From: Reclinomonas americana ATCC 50394
Taxonomy: Eukaryota
Reading direction: 5' to 3'
NCBI GenBank assembly: GCA_048213135.1
Contig: PS015070.1
Location: 94,118 to 130,639 of the forward strand
DNA: 36,522 nucleotides
Within the stretch, counting starts at the first letter, position 1, and each line of letters opens with the position of its first letter. Made by a program: the position numbers and the translations under genes. Shown here piece by piece: positions 26,201-34,414 of this stretch. The notes beneath the pieces are model-generated. The model searched no databases. It was not told where the DNA came from and saw only the letters and a program-made list of their open reading frames with translations.

Positions 26201-29200
26201 CCCTCTTCATCTCCGTTGTTCTCTTGGCTCCGCTGCTAAAGGAGACAGACTGTCAGCTGCGGTTCTTCAAGCAATCGCTGCTGCGTGTTCCTGTCTCGGC
26301 AGTGAATGCAGTGGCGGAGCTTCGTCGACAGTTATTGCCTCGTTGCGTCGATCGATCAGTTTGTCATTGCTTCCAGCTTGTGTAGTCTCACCTTGCTCTC
26401 GACTACAGATGCCATGTTGGCGTCGATTGAGATTGGGCGAGTGATGAACGAGAACGAGTACATGTTTCGCGAGATTACCTCCAGTTGCGACACATGTCCT
26501 CAGAAGTTGTTTGAGAGGGTGTGCACGAAGCGATATTCATTTCACAAACGCGCAGGTCGAATTGTGGCACTGGCGAATGAGGCGGTGCGTCCTGCTTTCC
26601 CTCTTGTTGATTCTGCGTTAATGACTGACTGACTGGAGATCTGGAAACAACTTATCTCCAGGGAGTGGTTGAGTTCGTTAACAGAGCCTTCACAAGGTCG
26701 CTGGGATACGTCCCAGATGCCATTGTCGGCAACAGCATCAAGGCATGAACTCCCGGTGTCGTCACTGGTCATGATTGTTTGAGTGTGTGCTGCTCACATG
26801 TCCATCTCGCGCAGGCGATCATGCCTCCCGAACTGCACTCAATGCACGACGGACTATTCTCTCGCTTTGCAGCTCAATCAGCGAAAGACCGCAGCGGCCT
26901 TATGGTCGCCACCAACACCGAGGTACTTGTGCAATTGTTCTCCTCATTGCACAGGCTGTTGAGAGCACCTGACGCAACTTGCACTGCAGGCGTGTCACCG
27001 TGACGGCAGCCGAGTGCCAGTGGCACTCTCTGTGATCGACATGACTGTTAATGGTCGTCACATGTATGGTGTCATGATGGGCGATCGCACGAAAGAATCA
27101 TCAGGTTCCGACACGCTGAGGCTGCACAAGGTGAGCTCTCTCTGTCTTCAACGGAGAAGACATTCAGTGGCACTCACCACGGATCACATCAGGTGTCATC
27201 GGTTACCGAGACGATGCCCGATGCAGTCATTGTGTCGGATGCGAGTGGTACGATACTGCAAGTCAACGGCAGTGCGGTGCACCTCTTTGGATATTCTCGT
27301 GTCGCCGATCTGCAGAATCAGAACATTCGCATGCTGATGCCAGCGCCACATGCGGAGCGACACGATTCGTTGCGTTGCCTGCAGGGGGTGGCAAGGGCAA
27401 GAGGTTGCTGACTCCGATGACGTCCTTGATCACAGGTATATCACCGAGTACTTGCAAGGCAGCAACTCACCCGCTGCAGACGCGGTTATGCAGAAAGCAA
27501 CAACACTGCAGTTGCGTGTATGTCTCCTAGTAAGTATCTCGTTCTCTCTCTCTCTCATCGGGCGTGTTTTGCAGTCCTCGAGACGTGCAGGCGGTGCAAC
27601 GGAACGGCTCGCTGATTGCGATTCGAGTGCACGTGGTAGATGTGCAGATTCGTGACACTCATTACTTTTGTGCAAGCATTCGCAACAATGCCGACGAAGC
27701 ACAACAGCGCGCGACGTTGGAAATGCGCATCGATGAACTGTCCAACATGCTGGGCATGTCGTGCGATGCAGTTGCGTGCAAGGGATGGCTGTGGGGAGTG
27801 GCCGTCATCAGACTCTTCTTGTCTTGTGTGCTTACTGTCGTGCAGATTCTGTGGACCGACAGCGCGGGAGACGTCAAGTGGTGCAACACATTGGTGCCTC
27901 GCCTGCTCGGATACACAATGGAGGAACTGACGCAGCCGCACGGTTTGTGACGGCGATTGAGGAGTTCGTCACTCGCATTGCTCTCACACGGCCGACTGTG
28001 CACAGGTGATGCCGCCCCAGCCAACATCAGTGCACTGCTGCGTCCTCTCACCATTACGGAGGTGCTGCAAGTGGATCCGCACGGCGGGCTAGAAGTGACA
28101 CTGACCCGCAAAGATGGACAGACGTTGCGCTCTCTTTGGCGCTCTCCAATTTGTGTGATGCGAGAGTGATGCTCATTGCTGTCGGGCACAGTGGTGCCTT
28201 TGTGGTACGCGGCACCGAGTGCATCATCGATGGGCAAACGCACATGCTGGTGAGCATTGCCGAGCTCAATCAACAACAACGTGCCATTCTCCAACAAGAC
28301 CAGAGCAATCGCAATCTACATCAGGTTTGCTGTTGTTTTTATTTGCTGATTATGCATTTGTCTCTCTTACTCACGGTTACTGCGGCCAGCTGCTGAGCAT
28401 GTCATTCCCGGAAGCGGCGCTCAACCTTCTGATGGCATCGACTGAAGACAGAGCTCGACGCTTACTGGACAAGGTGTGTGTATGTTATGGAGCCACGAGT
28501 TGGTCCGAAGCTTGTGGCGCACTCACGAACTGTACGTCTCGACGCAGGGGGCAGTGGATGAGCGCGGTCTGGCGCCGACCATGTTCGAGTATCACGAAGA
28601 TGTCACGTGCATATTTGCAAAGGTCGTGGCGGTGGAGCGCGAGGCCGAGGGAGGTGAGTGAGCACCGTTTGAGAAGAGTCGCCGGACAAGTCAATGATTT
28701 GTGTGCGCCGTACAATGATGCAGGCACAATGTGCAACTTGTCGTTGCTGGAAAAGGTGGGGGTGATCCATCGACTGATGAGCAAGTTGGATGCGCTGGTC
28801 AAGCAGCAGCACATTGAGCGGGTGAAGACCATTGGTGAGATGGAAAGAGGACACTGCTGCACCCTCTTTCTGTCAAGACCTCACCACCAACGTGGTGTGT
28901 ATGTGTGAGCGCAGGCTCGGCGTATCTTGCCGTGTCGGGCATGTACGCGCCGCGGCACGATCATGCCGCGGCCGCGGTTGAGTTTGCGCTGTCGGCGAAA
29001 CAGGCGATCGAGGAAGTGAGCGAGAGAGTTGCGTGTACGGTGGAGACGAAGTGAGAGAGACTGGGAGAGGGAAAAGAGGCCTCACGTTTTCTTCGCAGGA
29101 GAACCTGCACATCAAGTTCCGCATTGGTGTGAACACGGGGCCGGTGACCTCGGGCATTGTTGCCGGACTCATCCGCACGTTCGACTTGTATGGCGGTGAG

Positions 29201-29617
29201 TGGGATGAGGCGGAGGAAGAAGGGTGATGGAAGAAACTGACTCCTCATCGGTGGTGTCACAGACTCGGTGAACATGGCGTCGCGAATGGAGAGCTCTGCG
29301 CCACTCGGCAAGATCCAGATCAGTGAGGTAAGTGCGTGCGGCAGATGAGGGAAGGTGGATCTGGAGAGAGCTGACTGGGTGGTCTGCACAGTCGACGCAC
29401 CGGCACACGCGCGGAATGTTTGAAGCTGATACGACAAGTGTGGAGGGTGAGTTTTGTGAGAGTGGAGAGTCGACGGTACGCAGTGTGGTGCTGGTGCTTA
29501 TGAGTGTGGTGCGCAGTCAAGGGCATCGGTATTGTGACGAGCTTTGTGGTCGTAGGCGCCCGCGGTCGTCGCAGTATCACCAGCGACAAATCATCAGGTA
29601 GCGTTGGCTCACTGTAA
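20217..29617 (+). CDS. Multi-pass membrane protein with TmcB/TmcC-like helical region, three PAS domains and a C-terminal class III (adenylyl-type) cyclase domain
   Basis: Hydrophobic TM exons at about 20790-21860, 24000-24060, 24880-25280 and 26150-26240. TmcB-like motifs WSVELAARL and LRDFPDEAELVMWYAQFLVEIKND. PAS1 GVVEFVNRAF...IMPPELHSMHDGLF; PAS2 TMPDAVIVSDASGTILQVN...LMPAPHAERHDSYI; PAS3 ILWTDSAGDVKWCN...LGYTMEEL. Cyclase motifs RVKTIGSAYLAVSG, FRIGVNTGPVTSGIV, FDLYGDSVNMASRMES, KIQISE and VKGIG. Stop TAA at 29615-29617. The 5' boundary is uncertain. Confidence 0.88.
25146..25203 (+). repeat. Exact 29-bp tandem duplication within an apparent coding exon
   Basis: ACGAGCAAATACCTCGCCACTCAGTGTAC at 25146-25174 and 25175-25203. 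Confidence 0.95.
26743..26814 (+). other. GC-AG intron in PAS1 of the cyclase gene
   Basis: The exon ...DAIVGNSIK (AAG) is followed by GCATGA, which contains an in-frame stop. Splicing AAG|GC...GCGCAG|GCG ATC ATG CCT restores the PAS motif IVGNSIK-AIMPPE. Confidence 0.7.
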
Positions 29618-29622
29618 ATAAA
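29617..29622 (+). terminator. Possible polyadenylation signal AATAAA overlapping the cyclase stop codon
   Basis: CTG TAA ATAAATAAC; an AT-rich patch in otherwise GC-rich DNA. Confidence 0.3.
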
Positions 29623-30170
29623 TAACTTCAGTGGGCCTCGCAGAAGAGGGCAACAAAGAGTACGAGTTGCGCATGCTGTCGAAAACAACAAAACACTTCC
29701 TTTCAGATGCGACAAAAATGTCCACAATCCCTTGCCGACAATGACTTTGGCACACCAACAGTGATACAGACACTCTTCTCCAACAGTTATCTTCCCTTTC
29801 AGGGCCAATCGACGTCGATATCAAATTCTCTGTTGGGAAATCAGCTTTCACTTGAAACACCAGCCGTGCAGAGACCGGCAACCCTAGGACAGTGCCTTCA
29901 TTCTTGGACCTCGACACTCGTGAGAAGAGGGGTCGACTTCGCATTCTTGTTGATCTCGACGTCGACGTCGAAGTTCTCTCAGTCACAACGACAATCAAAC
30001 GCCTTCGCTTGTGCTCTCTCACATACAGAGGCGTGACACTACCACACACTTCTGCGTTGTCACAGGGTTTCTGACTGAAAAAGTCCTGTGACACTAATTT
30101 CGCGCGCGTGCACTCACGCTCTCTTCTCCTCTTTGTGTGAGCTTGTGCTCTTCCTCCTCCCTTGTCCACA

Positions 30171-30560
30171 ATGAACCAGTTCCAGATTGTGGAACAAGTC
30201 GGGCAAGGTCTGTGTGTGTGAAGAGCAACAACAACAACTGACATTGTGTGTGTGCGCACTATTTAGTAACTGTGTGTGCTTGTCATTGAGAGAGAGAGAG
30301 GGAGAGAGAGGGAGAGGGAGGGAGGGAGAGAGGGGGAGAGAGTGATTGCTTGTTCATTGAGACTTCAGGGACTGTGTCTGTCTCTCACTCACTCTCTCTC
30401 TCTCACTCTCTCTCTTACTCTGTGAGTGTGTGTCTGGGAGAGAGTGTTGTCACTTGAGTTGCTCATTCTTTGGGATCTCATTGTGTGTGTGTCTGTCTGT
30501 CTGCCTCTGTGTGTGTGTGTGCGCATGTGCGTTTGATAGAGAGTTCGCTCACTCTTCAGA

Positions 30561-30608
<48 letters not shown>

Positions 30609-31884
30609 CTGTGTGAGTTGTCACTCATTCGCGGAGATCCACCAGGCAAATTCTCCACTGTGTACAAGGGCCGCAAGAAGCAAACGATCGAGTATGTCGG
30701 CATTCGCAGTGTGGAGAAGCAGCATCGGAAACGCATTCTCAATGAGGTTTGTCTCTCTCCCACTCTCTCTCCCTCCTCTCTCTCTCTCTCTCATCTCTCC
30801 TTCTTCACTTGCAATCACCCAGGTCGCCCTCCTCCACTCGATGAACCACCGGCACGTGCTCCAGTTCAAGTGCTGGTACGAAACCAACAATCACCTGTGG
30901 CTCATTGTGGAGTTTTGCGCGGCGGGCTCCCTCCACACCATGTTGTCACAAGACGAGCGGTTGCCGGAGAGCACCGTGCAGTTGTTTGCTCAGGATCTGC
31001 TGTGTGGTCTCCAGTTGCGTCTTCTGCGCACGACGCTCTGTCTCTCTTGGTGTGCATGGGCGTGTCCATGGCTCGCCTCCTATCCTGTGTATCCGCATTA
31101 CTCCCTCTCTCTAAACGTGCGCTTGTCTGTGCACTCCCTCCGCTGGTTCTCCTTGCTGCACTCTTCGTGTGTCGCTCTCTCTGTGCGTGCGCATTCCTGT
31201 GTACTCCCTCCGCTGGTCTCCTTCGTGCACTCTTTGTGTGTCGCTCTCTTTGTGCGTGCGTATTCCTGTGTACTCCCTCCGCTGGTTCTCCTTGCTGCAC
31301 TCTTCGTGTGTCGCTCTCTCTGTGCGTGCGCATTCTTGTGTACTCCCTCCGTATTCTCTCCTTCCTTGTTTTCGCACCATCCGCTGTCGTTCACTCTGCG
31401 CGTGCGAATGTGTACTGCCTCCGCAGCTTCTCCTTCCTGCGCTTCTTGCGTTTCGCGTCATTCCCTCTCTTTCGCTCTCACTCATTCTGTGGTGTCTCGT
31501 CCAAGTCCTATGCCCTCTCCCCGCGTCTCACACCTCCTCCCCCTTCACCCCCAGGTACATCCACTCTCAGGGCATCGTCATGTGCGAGTTGAAACCGTCC
31601 AATGTCCTCATCGACGCCAACTCCACTCTTAAGCTGGCCGACTTCCGAGTCGCACAGCGTGTCACTGGCGGCGCCTCCTCCAAATATGTGCGTGGCGGTG
31701 GTGGCAGCAAACTCTTGGTTCTTCAAGCCTAAAGTCTCATCTGTGCCTTTCGTCACAGGACCTAAAACCGCGCCAAGGCACGCCGTGTTACATGTCGCCG
31801 GAGCTGTTCCTCGAGGACGGTGTGCACAGCTTTGCCTCGGATTTTTGGGCTCTCGGATGTGTGCTGTTGCGTGTGCAATTGTAT

Positions 31885-31929
<45 letters not shown>

Positions 31930-34368
31930 TTAGTGAGCGTGATTGTGTGTGTTAGACATGTGTGCGCGTGTGACGGTGAGCCTTCTCTCTCTCTCTCTTC
32001 CCTTTTTACTATTTCGCTCGCATAGCCTGCCTGCCTGCCTGTGTGTTTGTCTGTGTGTCCGTCTGTTTCTCTTCCTTCTTCTCCCTTCACTTTTCGCTCG
32101 CATCACCTGCCTGCCTGTCTGTCTGTGTGTCTATTTGCTTGTCTCTTTCTCTCTCTCTCTCCCTCTCNNNNNNNNNNNNNNNNNNNNNNNNNNNNNNNNN
32201 NNNNNNNNNNNNNNNNNNNNNNNNNNNNNNNNNNNNNNNNNNNNNNNNNNNNNNNNNNNNNNNNNNNNNNNNNNNNNNNNNNNNNNNNNNNNNNNNNNNN
32301 NNNNNNNNNNNNNNNNNNNNNNNNNNNNNNNNNNNNNNNNNNNNNNNNNNNNNNNNNNNNNNNNNNNNNNNNNNNNNNNNNNNNNNNNNNNNNNNNNNNN
32401 NNNNNNNNNNNNNNNNNNNNNNNNNNNNNNNNNNNNNNNNNNNNNNNNNNNNNNNNNNNNNNNNNNNNNNNNNNNNNNNNNNNNNNNNNNNNNNNNNNNN
32501 NNNNNNNNNNNNNNNNNNNNNNNNNNNNNNNNNNNNNNNNNNNNNNNNNNNNNNNNNNNNNNNNNNNNNNNNNNNNNNNNNNNNNNNNNNNNNNNNNNNN
32601 NNNNNNNNNNNNNNNNNNNNNNNNNNNNNNNNNNNNNNNNNNNNNNNNNNNNNNNNNNNNNNNNNNNNNGAGAGAGACACACACAGACACACAGACAGGC
32701 AGGCTATGCGAATGAAAACTGAAAAGGGAGAAAGAGAGAGAGAGAGTGAGAGAGTGAGAGAGAAGCAGATAGACACACAAACACACAGACAGGCACGTAA
32801 TGCGAGCGAAATAGTGAAAAGGGGGAGAGAGGAGGGAGAGACAGACACAGACACACAGACAGGCAGGCTACGCGAGCGAAAACTGAAAAGGGAGAGAGAG
32901 AGGAAGAGAGAGAGAGAGGGAGAGAGACAAGCAGATAGACACAGACACACAGACAGACAGGCAGGCATGATGCGAGCGAAAAGTGAAAGGGAGAAGGAGG
33001 AAGAGAGAAACAGACGGACACACAGACAAACACACAGGCAGGCAGGCAAGCTATGCGAGCGAAATAGTACAAGGGAAGAGAGAGAGAGACAGAGAGAGAG
33101 AAGGCTCACCGTCACACGCGCACACATTTCTACACACAATCACGCTCACTAACTCACTCAGAAATACACATTCATGCAATTGCACACGCAACAGCACACA
33201 TCCGAGAGCCCAAAAATCCGAGGCAAAGCTGTGCACACCGTCCTCGAGGAACAGCTCCGGCGACATGTAACACGGCGTGCCTTGGCGCGGTTTTAGGTCC
33301 TGTGACGGAAAGGCGCAGATGAGACGTTAGGCTAGAAGAACCAAAAGTTTGCTGCCACCACTGCCACGCACATATTTGGAGGAGGCGCCGCCAGTGACAC
33401 GCTGTGCGACTCGGAAGTCGGCCAGCTTGAGGGTGGAGTTGGCGTCGATGAGGACATTGGACGGTTTCAACTCGCACATGACGATGCCCTGAGAGTGGAT
33501 GTACCTGGGGGTGAAGGGGAAGGAGGTGTGAGACGAGGGGAGAGGGCACACAGAACGAGTGAGAGAGAGGGGGACGAAATGATGCAGAAACGCAAGGAGC
33601 GCAGGAAGGAGAAGCAGCTGAGGGAGTACACAGACACTCGCACGCACAGAGTGAGGGACAGCGGATGGTGCGAAAACAAGGAAGGAGAGAATACGGAGGG
33701 AGTACACAGGAACGCGCAGGCACAAGGAAGCGACACACAAAGTGCAGCAAGGAGAACCACCGGAGGGAGTACACAGACAAGCGCATGCACAGAGAGAGCG
33801 ACACTTATAGAGTGCAAGGCAAGGAGAACCAGTGGAGGGAGTACACAGACAAGCGCACGTTTAGAGTGAGCGAGAGGGAATAATGCGGAAGACAAGCATA
33901 CTCGTATGCACATAGAGTGTGTGCATGAGAGAGAGAGAGAGAGAGCGCGCGCGCAGAAGACGCAACTGGAGACCACACAGCAGATCCTGAGCAAACAACT
34001 GCACGGTGCTCTCCGGCAACCGCTCGTCTTGTGACAACATGGTGTGGAGGGAGCCCGCCGCGCAAAACTCCACAATGAGCCACAGGTGATTGTTGGTTTC
34101 GTACCAGCACTTGAACTGGAGCACGTGTCGGTGGTTCATCGAGTGGAGGAGGGCGACCTGGGTGATTGCAAGTGAAGAAGAAGAGATGAGAGAGAGAGTG
34201 GGAGGGAGAGAGAGTGGGAGAGAGACAAACCTCATTGAGAATGCGTTTCCGATGCTGCTTCTCAACACTGCGAATGCCGACATACTCGATCGTTTGCTTC
34301 TTGCGGCCCTTGTACACAGTGGAGAATTTGCCTGGTGGGTCTCCGCGAATGAGTGACAACTCACACAG

Positions 34369-34414
<46 letters not shown>

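Noticed and set aside
20217-29617. Stop-codon reassignment or pseudogene explanation for fragmented ORFs
   Set aside because: In-frame stops disappear once short introns are removed, and TGA/TAA terminate genes normally. The only unexplained lesion is the 29-bp duplication.
29609-30259. 216-aa minus-strand ORF between the cyclase and ULK4 genes
   Set aside because: No recognisable motif, it overlaps ULK4 exon 1 antisense, and I could not build a splice structure; a small gene cannot be fully excluded.
31125-31355. CRISPR-like or functional repeat array
   Set aside because: Degenerate intronic minisatellite without unique spacers, in eukaryotic context.
463-31872. Introner (mobile intron) family explaining the GTTGCG introns
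   Set aside because: I see no shared sequence beyond the first 6-7 bases, and no common terminal repeats or uniform length.
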